Of a stretch of 64,000 bases of DNA, positions 11,001-24,004 are shown piece after piece. The position numbers and the translations under genes were made by a program. Numbering within the stretch: position 1 is the stretch's first letter; each line of letters begins with the position of its first letter. A model generated the notes under the pieces. It saw only the letters and a program-made list of their open reading frames with translations, searched no databases and was not told the DNA's origin. This DNA is from Vicugna vicugna (lineage: Eukaryota), in assembly GCA_013265495.1 (NCBI GenBank), contig MU058781.1, positions 662,963 through 726,962 on the forward strand, in the 5' to 3' direction.

Positions 11001-14000
11001 GGAACATTTTCTATTAGGAATATAAAATCTGTTCCTGTGTTAAGAACACAGATTTTATATTATTCTTTAAGCATAATTGTGGCTCTAAAATATTTTAAGA
11101 TCTTCAAAATATTTTTAGAAGAGGAAGAAGAGAGGGAACAAACACATAATAGTCAACTCAAGTATAGAAGTGCATTTGTCTAAACCATAATTTTTTTTTA
11201 AATCAATGGAATGCGAGGAAATGCTAGAAAAGCAGTGGACTCTAAAGTCCACTAGGCTCAAAATTGACTTGTTCTAGGTAGTTTCAGGTTTAGTGCAATT
11301 TCTGGTCTGGTGTAAGTTTATTAATTTTTCAAAGGTTTATTATGTGTGGTGGGGGCTGGGAGCCAGGGTTGGGCATTTACTATTCTATATTATCTTGAAA
11401 CATTCTCCCAGCCTACTAATTTATGCGTCTAAGTATTTCTCGTGCACTAACTGTGCTTCTGTCTCTTTGCGAGGTGCTGTAGTGGATACAGGAAAAGCCC
11501 AGCATCAATGGGATTCTGTCACCTCCTAAAGGAAAAGTTCCAACTTTGTTCCCAAGTCATATGCTCTCATCTCTTACTACTGCATGTAGTGAGATGCATT
11601 ATAAATATGCCATCTATAGAGGAAATTCAAGCGAGACAACAAAATCCTTAAAATCTGAAAACTACCATTAAACCTATGAAAAATATAGTTACCAATGCTT
11701 TTTTTCCCTTTGACCAGCAGACTGACTTGTAAGAATTATTTCTTCTCACCTTTGTCGTGTCATCATGCTCCTTATTTATATTTTCCCACTTACTCTTTTA
11801 TCCCTCGCAAACAATCAGGGATTGAACTTATCTAACTGTATAAACATATGCACCAGCGTCCCCGAGGCTGACTGTGTCATGGAAAGAGAATTGCCCTCTC
11901 AACTGCTGTCTCAAACCGATTTCCACCTGTCGGGCAGGCCGTGCCTGCGGCATGTTATGGAACCAAAGGACTTAAGTGGGAAATTTCCAAGTTCTAAGTG
12001 GATGTTGAATCCTGTTTCAGCGTGGGAGTATTTTCCACCCATTGATAACTTAGGCAGATGGGTTTCCCAGAGCTGTCAAACACGCAGTTGCAACACATTT
12101 TTTTCATAACAGGCTACTGAAACAAGCAAAAATTCTAAGGAAGAAAAACACAATCCACAAATCAACACAGTCACACGCCAGAGTCATTCTAATTAAGAAA
12201 TAGTTCTTGTGATTTACCCGAACATGGGATCACTAGATCATATAACCACAGGTAAAGGTAATGAAACGTGAGTCGAACTTACTTGAATGAGCTACACATT
12301 TCCCCTCAAGAACAGAGCGCGTTGTGTGCCACAGGTGTTTCAGTAATTGCAGTATGTTAGGAATATATCATGTTTAACAGACCTTGTACACACATTTCCA
12401 CCTGTGCGAGACGGTGGTCCAGTTTCCATACTTGGGGCTGAGTGTCAGATATACACATACGTCTACGCTGTTTAATAAGGCTCCGGTCGCCAAACGAGTG
12501 CCGTGACTCTGGTCTCCTCCTCACCCTGCTGTTGATTAGCTGTATGATGGAGTAAATCACTCGGCCTTAGCGTGTCTACATTTTCTCGTATAACACAGCT
12601 CAGTATTACAGAAGAGTTTTGCAGACCCTTTATGAAAAGTAGAACTTTGATTCTCCCTCAACCAGATGAAAACTTAAAACGTAAATGGGAAATCTTGATT
12701 GCAGAAAAACGTATCCGGTGGTTGACATTTGGATCAAAAGGGAAGTGAATTATATAAGAACAATGGACTTTGATTATGGTGGTGTTACAGCAGTTGAATT
12801 CCTGTAGAAACCCTCAATTCTAGTTATTCCAGTAGGAGTTTAAAAATGTCAGTGAGAAACTCAGGACGTGGCCTAACAAGCCACAGTATATTGTGCTGCA
12901 TTCTTTATTTACAAAATACAATCTGCTTGTTTTATTGAATGATTTAAACCAACACATGTAAAATAAAAGTGATAAGAACATATCTTTTAAAATATAAGCT
13001 CAAAATCACATTAAAGTAAGAAAAGTATACCAAAATATACTTTCATTAAAAAAAGCTTATTAAACATTTATTTAAAAACTTCTTATGTCTTGGCTACAAA
13101 GGCACGGGATATTAGAAGGAATTACATGATTCTCACGGCCAAAGGGAAGTCCAAAGGGAAGTATTCCACAGTCTTCATCTCATGGAGAAGATGTGGAGGG
13201 ATCTTGGCCAAGGTCAGGGGCCAGGATAATGTGTCTGCAATCAACCCTGCAATTCAGGCCACTTTCCTTTTGAATACATGTGGCCAAGTGGAAAGGGTGG
13301 TCACCATTTGCAGCTGAGATAAAGGGGATTCTGCCTGGAGAGCCATGTTGAAGTAGATTAATGATTCTCAGTGTTTTTCCTGCCCTGGCACACCTGAAAT
13401 ATTTTGATGCTTGCTCAGTGTAGACAGTTAACAGGGGTCTCCGGACGTGCATAGTTGACATGTGTGAGCCGCGTGCCCAGGGTCTGGAGACCACAAACCC
13501 CATCCGTGGGGATGAAGGGACTCGTACTTAGTTCTGAGGTCTGTTGTTTCCCTGATTTTGGTTGAGAACCTCTGAAACAGACAACTCCAGTGACCATCTT
13601 ACTCCCAGGTTCTGAGCCCTGAGACACTCTTGTGGTTAATAAGGAGGTGGAATATGGAGAAAAGCTCGTGATATTGGAAATTTTGGCTCTTCAAAGGTTC
13701 CTTGATAAATTGTTTAGCCTTCTGAATTTCAGATTTTTGTCTGAAGAATGGGAAAGTTAGGGAAAAGTGATCTGTAAGTTTCTTCTTTATGTAAAATGGT
13801 ACACTTTCAGCATGTTTATCAATGCCTGGATATCGCTGATGAGGTTAATATGTTTTGGGAGTGGGGAGAAGGAAGAAGACCAAACATCCTATAAGGATCT
13901 AATCAACAATTATATAATAATCATATGAACTCATTAGACATAGTTTCAAGGTCACTGATGAAGAGACTTATTCATATAGATGCTCAGTTTCTGTAGCTTG

Positions 14001-15139
14001 CTAAAAGTCGGAATAAATCAATTTTTGAGGGACAAAAAAAGAATCATTTTCTAAATGTAACTTTTCTAAGACCATAATGTACTTAATGCTCTCATCACTT
14101 GATTTCAGCAATGTAGGTAACTGAAATAAAATATATTCAAGATACTTAAATTTATTATGTCGAAGTGTATTAGATTTAAAATATGAAAAAACATAAATAT
14201 GCCATAAGTCAACATCCTTCATATTAAAGAGTCTCTTTTTTTTTAAGCTATGTGATGATTTTTAAAAGCAGCCACTATAGAGATTAGGGAAAATGTAAGG
14301 TGATAATTTTATTAATACATAATTCCTATAATCATAGAAAATTTTCAGAAAGCAAAAGGATGCTGAATTTTACATCAGGAATACTTATTAAAATGCTATG
14401 AGTTTAATCTTTGCTTTACTAATACTAAGATTTCTTATTGCTCATCTAAGGCATTTACAAAAATAATCATTGAAATATGAAAAAAATACAGATTTCAGAT
14501 TTTTTTGAGCCAAGATATGATATAAGAAAAAGAACAGGTAGGAAGTTAGTAAGAGTTATTATTGAAAACACACTGTGACTTAGAAATAAATTGGGTTTAA
14601 GATAAATAATAAACTAAGATTAATATGTTTTATATTATTGCCAGACTTACCCTTAAAAGGTAGAAATTTAAATTCCATAAATCTGTCCCCCTATGTCACC
14701 CCAAGCTGTGTACAGGTAAGATTTTCCTACATTTAATTGTGCACATATGTATTTTTATGATGACATGAACATTTTTTTTGAACATTTTTAAAGAAAGTCA
14801 AGCTCTCCTTTCTTGTTAGTGTCTTTAATTGTCTTCAAGCATCAACCTTGACCTTGAACCTTAAGTTCAGATGACTACAAGACTGGACTGGTGTGTGCTG
14901 GGTTTAGAAGAGCACTCACTTTTCTAAAATTAAAGCACCTAAAAGAGGAGCCTGTGTTGATCCAGGAGCTTTGCTAGATAATGGGACAGTTATAAACAGT
15001 AATAACATCCCCTGTTCTTAAGAACATCTAATTCATTGATTCATTCATTCTGTCATTCAGCCATCTTTTTCTTCCTTTAACTTGCATTTCCCAAAGATTT
15101 ACAGTGCCGGCAGATAAAAATGCAACAATCTCATCCCTG

Positions 15140-15580
15140 GGGATGGATGCTGATGTTTGCCTCTCAACGTCTTCTCCTCCTTCCTCCATTATCTACTGAA
15201 CCTTGATTTTATTCTACTAGAAAAGCTTCATCCGTGCAGCTTGTGGTAATCATGTGACTACTCAGTTCTAGGCAATAAGATGTAAATGGAACGAGTAGAG
15301 GTCAATTGGGTAGAGTTTCTGGAAAAGTTTTTTTTTTTTTCCTGCAAAAGAGACAGAATCAACACACACATACCTTTTTACCATTACCGTTTCTCCTTCC
15401 TTTCTGAAATACAGCTGTGATTGGTGGAGTTGCAGCCACTGTATTGTGAGCATGAGGACTAAAGTCACAAGGTAAAGATGAGGAAGCAGAAAAAGCCCAA
15501 GACTTTGAAACCTTTCCAAGCAGCTCTGAGCAATTGGCTGACCACTTGTAGACTTCTTGTGATGTCAGAAGTTTTACAGT
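15140..15580 (+). mobile_element. MaLR (MLT1J/K-like) LTR fragment
   Basis: catgtgactactcagttctaggcaataagatgtaaatggaa, ggagttgcagccactgtattgtgagcatgagg and agacttcttgtgatgtcagaa. Confidence 0.65.
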
Positions 15581-17344
15581 ATAACACTCCTCATGGACTC
15601 AACTCTTCTCGGGACAGTCTTTAGATTTCCTAACTGTATCTCACTGTTTCTTTTGGTTTATGTGACTTTTTTGTCACAAAGAATTAAGAAGTAAGTGAAT
15701 ATTTTCTGATGAATATAAAAAATTGAAAGAAAGCATTGATGTGAGCAAACTTTAATACAGAGACTTTCCTAAGACTAGCTTGGGACTGGGAGGAAAACTA
15801 AAGTTCTGAAAGTCAGTTATATTTGGTACCTGACTTGGTATAAATAAATGGTATAAATAAATACGTTTGGAAAAAAAAGATGAATATGATCCCCCCAGTT
15901 AAGTCAGCCTTGCGTTTCCCTTATGGTTACAGTGTAACCAGATTAACTGTCATTATCAAAAGGAAAGAATAGGTTTTCTCTCGGCCTTTCTTTTTTCATG
16001 ACTCTGTCCTGGTCCCAGTGAAGAGGAGAAATAGAAATACAAAGCAAAACACACCTCCATACAAAACTCTCAGTAACTTAATGAGAACTTCAAACATGGT
16101 ATTTATTGTACCTTTAAGGTGACTATGTCCAGTTTCCCTTGTGTTATTAAACAATCTCATACTTAGAAACCTGCTCCTGATTTGTTTATTGGATATTACA
16201 AATCTTAATGGAGTCCTGTTGCCTATATCTTTAGAAAGACAATATGTATTTTGGTAAAACTGATATTTTGGACCCAGAGGGTCCTTGGCTCAAATTCCAC
16301 CAGAGAATGCTTGTGCTGTGCACCTTCATATGTTATTGGTTAGCATGCTCTAATTTTCTTTTTTAAAAACTGATCTTTTTGGTGACCCAAAGGCCTTTCC
16401 TTGTTTTTCTAGTAACATAAGGGGAAGGTGAGTGGAAAAGTTATGTGAAATGGAGGGGATAAGTTCCAGGCCTTCTGCATTTCGATAAAATAGATCCCTC
16501 TCTAGGATTTCCTTTTCTTCATAGTCTTTCATTACCTGAAATTTTTAACCTTCAGAATCTGGGACAAATATTTTTAATTTTGGCTAGTTAATAATTCAGT
16601 TAATAATTAATTATAAACATTTTAAAGTCATACTTGTATATGGAGAGTTTAGGGAGAAATTCTTAAAGAAAAATAGGAAGAAGCTATTAGCATGAGTAAA
16701 CATGCAAAGAAAACTACAAATTCAATTTATTTCTTATGATATATTTACCAACTTAACAGCTAGCAAAAAAGTTTTGCTTTAAAAAATGAGTTCAAAGGTT
16801 TTTTGGTAAGTTTCCCTTAAAGTATTTTCAATAATTCTTGTCGTGGTTGTAGGTATGTGTGTGTGGAAACAATTATCATGTTAACACATGATTCATAGCA
16901 TATATGTTTGCAAATACCTTCAATACTAATATGTTATTTCTTCCGTATGAGGTTTAACATTCCAGACTAAGTGTTTAAATATATATATAATAGGGAAAAC
17001 AGATGTCCATGCAGTTTGCTTTGCATAACAATTCATTAAAGAATAAGAAATATAACTAAATAAGCTCAGTCTGGCTAGTGCTAACTGTTAGTTAGCATGT
17101 AACAGTCAGCGACAGGAGAACAGTATTTGAATATTTAGACTGGTAGCTTTAATGTTGCAAGATAGATATTTAGTGAGAAGAACACCTGTTGCTAATGTTT
17201 CTAATTAATTTTATAGTAGATTTTTATGAATCCAAATCTAACACCTTGATACAGCCTTATGTGTCCGTAATAGCACACCACCAAAGATAATCAGTGTTAA
17301 CGCTGATTTGCATGGTCTGCTGTAATGCTTCAAATAGATATTTT

Positions 17345-17483
17345 TCAACCTTTCTTTCCTTTTTCCTCCTATCCCTAATCTTCCCTTCTCCTTCCTTCCC
17401 CTCCATCTGTCCTCTTTCTCACCTCCTTCCCTCTTCCCCTCCCAATGTCCCCCCTTCCTTCCTTCCTTTTTTTCTTCTTTTTA
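17345..17483. repeat. Pyrimidine-rich low-complexity (CCTT-like) tract
   Basis: Degenerate ccttc/cttcc repeats. Confidence 0.8.
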
Positions 17484-18492
17484 ATATATGAGCCAAGCTA
17501 AGGTAAATGTTTTAGATGCAGATCACAAAAACAAAATAATGCTTTGTGTCACTATCTAATAAAAAGTAAATGGTGCTTCACTTTTTACATCAAAAGGCTG
17601 TTTTTGCTGGAATAGGTATATATATATATGTTCCTCACATGACAATAATATAAAATTGTCCACACAGGACAGTTTAATGAAAATGGGATTTTACAATTTA
17701 GATTGCGTATTGATTTCTTTGTTTCTGTCTTCACGCTCTCTTTTTCTTTTTTTCTTCTTTTTTTAGTGCCCAGAATTTTAGGAGGAAACAAAACTCTGCT
17801 AGATAGAAATTTCAAAGACAGGTTTTTCTTTTTAATCTGGATGTTGAAATATATTACCAGATAATTAGAAAATTTTCATAATAAAAGGGAAAGAACTGGA
17901 AATAGGTTTAATACAATGCCTAGACAAAGGTTTTGGTGGTTCCAGGGTTCATTCTCCAAAGCTAGTGATATGTTGGTCATGGGAAGTAGAGAAGTAATTA
18001 TCTCAATTGTGATATACCTCAAGCCCAGTTTTGTCTTGACTTTGGTTATTTCAGGTCAAACAATTTTGTCTTGTTTTGCTTAGGCCCTAGCAAGGACCCA
18101 GCCACAGTCACTGTCTTTGACAGTGTAAGGACCCCAAATTTAGTCCCCCAGGATATAGACTTCTTTTCTTTCCTTTTTTTTTTTTCTTTTTTCAGTTATG
18201 TAACTGCACTGAGCATGTAACCTGATGATTAATCGCTGCGCTTGACCCTTGGGTCCTGTGGGATAAACCTCCCTGGGGTCTTCTATGGGGTGGAAGGTCC
18301 AGTCTCATAACCAGACATGCCATACGTCTCCCAGTCAGGTCCGAAGAGCAGATCACGAGCTCAGAATGGCACAGCTCAGAAGGAATATCCTGAGAGGAGG
18401 GGGTTGCATAAAATGTTAAGAGCAAAAGGAAGAAAGTTGACAAACTTGGATGCTAGTTACAATGAAAGATGAGAAATATGAAGAGTCTCATG

Positions 18493-18840
18493 GTTACACG
18501 AAATCCAAGGCCCAGCTTCGTATGTACTCATGCATTGGCAAGAACCCAAATGTTTAAATACTTGTGTACAAGTGAATTATCTGTTCCAGTTAATAGAAGG
18601 TTCACTTAGTTACACGAAATCCAAGGCCCAGCTTCGTATGTACTCATGCATTGGCAAGAACCCAAATGTTTAAATACTTGTGTACAAGTGAATTATCTGT
18701 TCCAGTTAATAGAAGGTTCACTTAGTTACACGAAATCCAAGGCCCAGCTTCGTATGTACTCATGCATTGGCAAGAACCCAAATGTTTAAATACTTGTGTA
18801 CAAGTGAATTATCTGTTCCAGTTAATAGAAGGTTCACTTA
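18493..18840. repeat. Perfect tandem triplication, 3 x 116 bp
   Basis: Unit gttacacgaaatccaagg...aatagaaggttcactta starts at 18493, 18609 and 18725; no mismatch seen between copies. Confidence 0.97.
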
Positions 18841-18984
18841 AAGCAATTTACAGACAACAAAACAGGATGGGCACACGATGTTCTCTTATTTCGTAGCTCT
18901 AACCACTCAGAACACCTTAAGAAACCATGGTCTTGTTGTAGTTTGTCGAACAGTAAAAACTGCCAGCTACAAAGTGAAGGGGGA

Positions 18985-19356
18985 AAAAATAATCCTAACC
19001 CCTTTAAAATCCTGCTTTTTGGAAGAAAAGGGGGCATTGAAATGCCTGTTTTTTTTTAACATTTTTTTTATTGAGTTATAGTCATTTCACAATGTTGTGT
19101 CAAATTCCAGTGTAGAACACAGTTTTTCAGTTATACATGAACATATGTATATTCATTGTCACTTTTTTTTTCCACTATGAGCTACCACAAGATCTTGAAT
19201 ACATTTCCCTGTGCTCTGCAGTATAATCTTGTTTATCGGTTCTGCATATGCCTGTCAGTGCCTTTCTTACATCTGCTTATTTTAAGTACCTTTAACCCCA
19301 AATGATCCTTATGCCAAAGTAGCATATTTTGGGGTAAAATACTCTGCCACCTTTCA
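18985..19356 (-). mobile_element. MER34-like ERV1 LTR 5' fragment, split by a young L1 insertion
   Basis: Reverse complement reads tgaaaggtggcagagtattttaccccaaaatatgctactttggcataaggatcatttggggttaaagg (MER34-type start) and resumes after the L1 with tgcccccttttcttccaaaaagcagg. Confidence 0.65.
19048..19258 (-). mobile_element. Young, heavily 5'-truncated L1 3' end (camelid-type) with poly(A) tail
   Basis: tttttttttaacattttttttattgagttatagtcatttcacaatgttgtgtcaaattccagtgtag...gagctaccacaagatcttg...tttccctgtgct is a laurasiatherian/camelid L1 3' UTR in reverse. Confidence 0.85.
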
Positions 19357-20300
19357 CTGTGTATGTGTTTGACAAATGTTTTCTCCCCTTGGGAGCTTGT
19401 GCTTTCATCCTTTTCACTGTGGGCTTTCACAGTGCACATTTTTTAAAAAAATTTGATGAGGTCTAATTTACCAATTTTTGTTTTATGAATTACACTTTTG
19501 ATGTCACATTTAAGAACTCTGCCTAGACTTAGCTCCCTAATATTCTATTTTTTTCAAAAGTTTTATAGTTTCACAATTTATGTTAATGTCTATAATTCAT
19601 TTAGAGATAATTTTTGTTTAAGATGTGAAGTTTAGGTAGAGGGTTTTTTGTTTGTGGTTTATTTTGGGCTCTGGACATCCAGTTGCTTCAGCACCATTTT
19701 CAAGTTTATCCTTCCTTCTTTGAACCTTTGTCCAAATCATTTGAACATATTTATATAGCTTATTTATGTTTCTTTTATTTTGTTTCATTGATCAATGTGT
19801 CTTTTCTCCACCAATACTACACTGTTCTGGTTACTGTTGCTACATGGTAAGTCTTAATATCAGCACTTATTCTTATGTGTCAAGATTGTTTTAGCTATTC
19901 TTAGGGCCTGTGCCTTTCCAGATAAATTTTTGAATAGGTTTGCCTATTCTACCAAAAGCCTCCTTGGATTTGGATCAGAACTGTATCAAACACATAGTTA
20001 AATTTGGGGAGAATTGGCTTCTTCGCTATGTTGATTTTTCCAATCCATGGACACAGTGTCTCTCCACTTATTTTGCTCTTTGATTTACTTCATCAGCATT
20101 TTGTAATTTTCATCCTCTGTGTACTGTGTGCATGTTGTATTAGATTTATACCTACATATTTTGGGGAGGCAATTTTAAATGGTATTGCATTAAAAAATTT
20201 TTCTGGTCTCTATGTGTTCATTGTGAGATAAAGAAACGCACTTGATTTTGTGTATGGATCTTGTATCTTACAACCCCGCTGAACTCACTTCTTAATACTG
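19357..20300 (-). mobile_element. Old LINE-1 ORF2 fragment
   Basis: ggacatccagttgcttcagcaccattt, caagattgttttagctattc and aatttggggagaattggc...tcttccaatccatg are L1 ORF2 antisense. Confidence 0.9.
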
Positions 20301-20409
20301 AGAGTTGTGTATATGCGTGTGTATGCAAATTTTAAAGTGCTGTTTCTGCTGAACTGTGAAGTCAAAAAGTTGTTAAGTTGACCATCATAAGGCAGGGGCC
20401 ACCTGTATA

Positions 20410-22400
20410 CACATATGACCTGTAAGAGTCTATTGGTGTCAGCATTTTACTACCTCGAGTAAAGTGTGGAAACCTCACGTCTATTTAGTTACATTTATGT
20501 TCCCCTCTTCTACATTTCTAGAAATCAGGTAGTGTTAAAATTTTTGCGTCAATCTTCAATACTTCTTCCTTCCCGATGCTTCATGAGCCTTCACTTATCA
20601 CATCTTTTCTGTTTGAAGAACTTATTTAGTGAATTTTGGTTTTAATAAAATAAGTTTATTGTAGCAGCAAATTGTTCAATCCTGGTTGTGTGTGTGTGTG
20701 TGTGTGTGTACTTTAGCCAATTTTTTAAGGGTAAGTTAGAGACAGATTCTTTTTGTTTTTGTCTCATTTCCTCTTTATTCTTGAACAATAGTTTTCCCAG
20801 ATACAGAATCATGGTTGACAGTTATTTTCTTTCAACACTTGAAAAATGCTGTGCTCTTTCCTTCTGGCCCCTGTGGTTGCTGATGAGAAATTTGATAGAT
20901 TACTTAGAGGTAATGAATCATTTTTCTCTGGCTGATTTCAAGATATTTTCTCTTTATCTTTAGTCTTCAAAACTTTAATTACGATGTGTCTTTGTGTAAA
21001 TTTCTTTGGGTTTAATCTGTTTATACTTTGCTCGGTTTCTTGGATCTGAATGTTGTGTCTTTTGCCAAATTTGGGATGTTTTCAGTCATTGTTGCTTCAA
21101 ATACTCTTTCAGCCCTCTCCTTTTTCTTCTCTCCTTCTGGGACTGCTGATACAAATGATGGATCTTTCATTATTACTCCATCGGTTCCTGAGGCTCTGTT
21201 TTTGGTTTTGTTTTTTTCAGTCCTGTTTCATCTCTGTTGTTTAAATTGGGCTAATTCTATTCATCTCTACTGAAATCCACTGATTCTGTCCTCATCATCT
21301 CCATTCTATTGTTGAGACCTCCTAGTGAGTTTTTTTTTCTATTATTGTATTTTTTAGTTCTATGATTTTCAATTTTTAAAATAATTTCTTTTTCTTTGCT
21401 GAGTTTTTCTATTTTTCATTTGTTTTAAGACAATTTGTAATTGACTGAAGCATTTTTTTTTAAATGATAGCTGTTCTAAAGTGCTTGACAGACAGCTCCA
21501 ACATCTGATTGATCAGTATTGATATCAGTTGATTGGCTTATCTCATACAACTTGTGATTTTCTTGGTTCTTTGTACAACAGCTTTTTTTTTTTCTCTTGG
21601 TTTTGGAGATTCTGGGTCCTACCCAAATATTTTATTTTAGCAGGCAGTCACCCTGTTTAGCTTCACCACTTGGATCTTACCCTATTTTTGCAAGCTGTGG
21701 TTTTCCAGTGACAATTCAAGTTTCCAAGTTTCTGTGGGGTTGTTTTGGCCTGTTTGGTTTATCTTACTAGTCTCCACGGAGGTTGTCTGGAAAGGGATTT
21801 TCCTAGACAGCTGGGCACTTTTCTGCAGGAATGGATTACATGTGTTTCCCTGCAGGTTCCTCCCAGCTGCTCTGGTGTCTCTCCACCGAGGAGGAGAGTG
21901 TGAGCCCCCAGATTTTTGACAAAAAGTCTTCCTGGACAAGGCTGCCTGCTGTCGCTGGATCTCTTCTGCTGTCTCTGCCCGCCCAACTTAGTATGGCATC
22001 TCTTTGTGTGAAAAGGAGTCTCAAGCTTGACAGAGAAGGGAGTACCTCTCCTGGTTGCTTATTTCCGGCAGGGCTTCCCATCAGTCCTCCTTGCTGGGGG
22101 TGAGAGAGGCTTTATTTGACTCTGTCAGAGGCGCTTACATTTATCTAGAGGGGCAGTGAGTCCGGCTGGGGTGCCTTCTGCTGCAGGTTTGGAGGAGGGA
22201 AATGACAATTCCAGGCAGCCTTTCTCTGTTGGAGGGGAGGACAGGGATGCCCTGCTGCTGTGCTGTTCCTCCAGCTTTGGGGTCGCAGACCAGCTCACCT
22301 TTCAGAATTCTTCGATCGTTATTTATGCCATTTCCAGGGCTTATAGCTGTGGTTTGTGGGGAAGAATAGGAGAAAATGGGTCTACAGCATCTTGTCCCTG
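20410..22400 (-). mobile_element. Old LINE-1 ORF1 and 5' region
   Basis: ttttctctggctgatttcaagatattttctctttatctttagt...tttgccaaatttgggatgttttcagtcattgttgcttcaaata is the typical antisense L1M ORF1 signature, followed by a GC-richer 5' UTR-like tail. Confidence 0.75.
20687..20708. repeat. (TG)11 microsatellite
   Basis: Read directly. Confidence 0.95.
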
Positions 22401-22424
22401 AAATTATTTTTGCAGTTAAAATAA

Positions 22425-22645
22425 TAAATTTTATTTTCTGAGCATGTTTATTTTAGGTTTACAGAAAAATTAAGCTGAAAGTATGGAGACTCTCCACATA
22501 CCCCTTCACCCCACCTCCAAATTTCCCCTGTTATTGATAGCTTGCACTGGTGCATTTATGGTACACTTACACAGTTTATAAGCCAGTATTGATACTTTGT
22601 TATTAACTAAATTCAGTAGTTTACATAGGGTTCACTCTTTGTCTT
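22425..22645 (-). mobile_element. L1MC/L1MD-type 3' end fragment
   Basis: ttttaggtttacagaaaaattaagctgaaagtatggag...ccagtattgatactttgttattaactaaa...agggttcactcttt. Confidence 0.8.
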
Positions 22646-24004
22646 AAACAAGAAATCAGCTAGAAGTCCTGTCCTACATAGGCTGTGCCATCACTGGGAC
22701 GTAGTGGGGAATGTTGGAGTTCTGTTGACACGTGGGAGCCTGGGGCTTGCTGCGGCAGGTGCACCTGATGTATGCTGGGGTGGGAACACTAATCGGATAC
22801 CCCACTCGCTGGCGGGTGTGGACTTTCTTCAGTGGATCAGAGCCAGAGTTGATCAGGACCTGCTTACGAACATGGCAAGAGCAAGCAGCAATTGGCTGGT
22901 GGAACTAATAACAATTTAATATCAAGGAATGATTTAATTTAAACTTTAATCTCATTTTAAGATGATACCATTATGTAAAACACAACACTGAACGATACCA
23001 ATAGCTTATTATTTTAAAATAGTAAGTTTTCAGGTTGTTGGTTTATGGAAAATACAAGCTGAGTCAGTGTTCTGAAGAAGAAGAAAATGCTTGATTTCAG
23101 CACTTTCTTTCTTTTTATTTTGATTCATGAAGTCAAGTCTCATAGGTAGGTTATTGTTCATCTGAACTAAAGAGGAAGCATTGGAAGTGAGATAAGAAAA
23201 GAACTGGAAAGTGCATTTGGAACAGGCTTGCCCAAGACCATGCATTTTTGTCTTGAAAATCTATTAGGATTCCATAGTTGTATAAATTTCACAGTTCTTT
23301 TTATTTTATAAAATAGAAAATGATTACAATTTTGTGTAATGTATTGTACAGGTTTAATAAGATTGCGCTCTTGCCAAGTACTGTAGAAACAAATAAATGC
23401 AATAGAAAATTGCTGACACACTAAGAAACTGCTAGTTCAACATAAACGCTTTCTGTAAATAAATCTAGTGTAATTTCCCTATACATCTTGACTACGGCTT
23501 TCAGCTCTGCCCACAGGAGAGCAGTTGCACGGTGCTGGCAAGAGTTCATACTTTTGCCTCTCCTGCGCATTTACAGCCCAGCAATTCAGACATGTGGGCT
23601 ACATTTGTCACGGCAAAAGTCACCAAAGGAAACTGAGACACAATGCTGACTCTGGCTTTGGTGTCTTCCCAAAAGGTCTGTTGCCAGAAAGCGACAAGTG
23701 CATCACACACGAGCAAACGAAGACAGCATCAGAAAGGGACAGTTGTGTTTGGGTCTACTGCCTGTTCACGTTGTGGTGTGGGCGGCGAGTTGACCAGGTC
23801 AGGATTCAAACCTATGACTGCAAGTTTCTGGATGATGTCGCCTCGGAGCAGCTACCCCTCTCCCAAACGGAGATTCTCTCCTTGCTACCCAACCTGTTCT
23901 TTCCTTGACTCACAAAATAGCCACACCATTAACTATGTTGTGGTTACTCCCCTGTATCCAAATAATTACTATTTCTAGTTGATTTCACTCTAATTCTCTG
24001 TAAT

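Noticed and set aside
11234..11253. 8-bp hairpins (here and at about 17079-17097)
   Set aside because: Stems this short are expected by chance in 64 kb.
18158..18420. Strong splice acceptor or retrocopy poly(A) tail
   Set aside because: No good donor or recognisable reading frame on plus; no polyadenylation signal or TSD on minus.
18493..18840. CRISPR-like array
   Set aside because: Units are identical and contiguous with no variable spacers; no cas genes; mammalian context.
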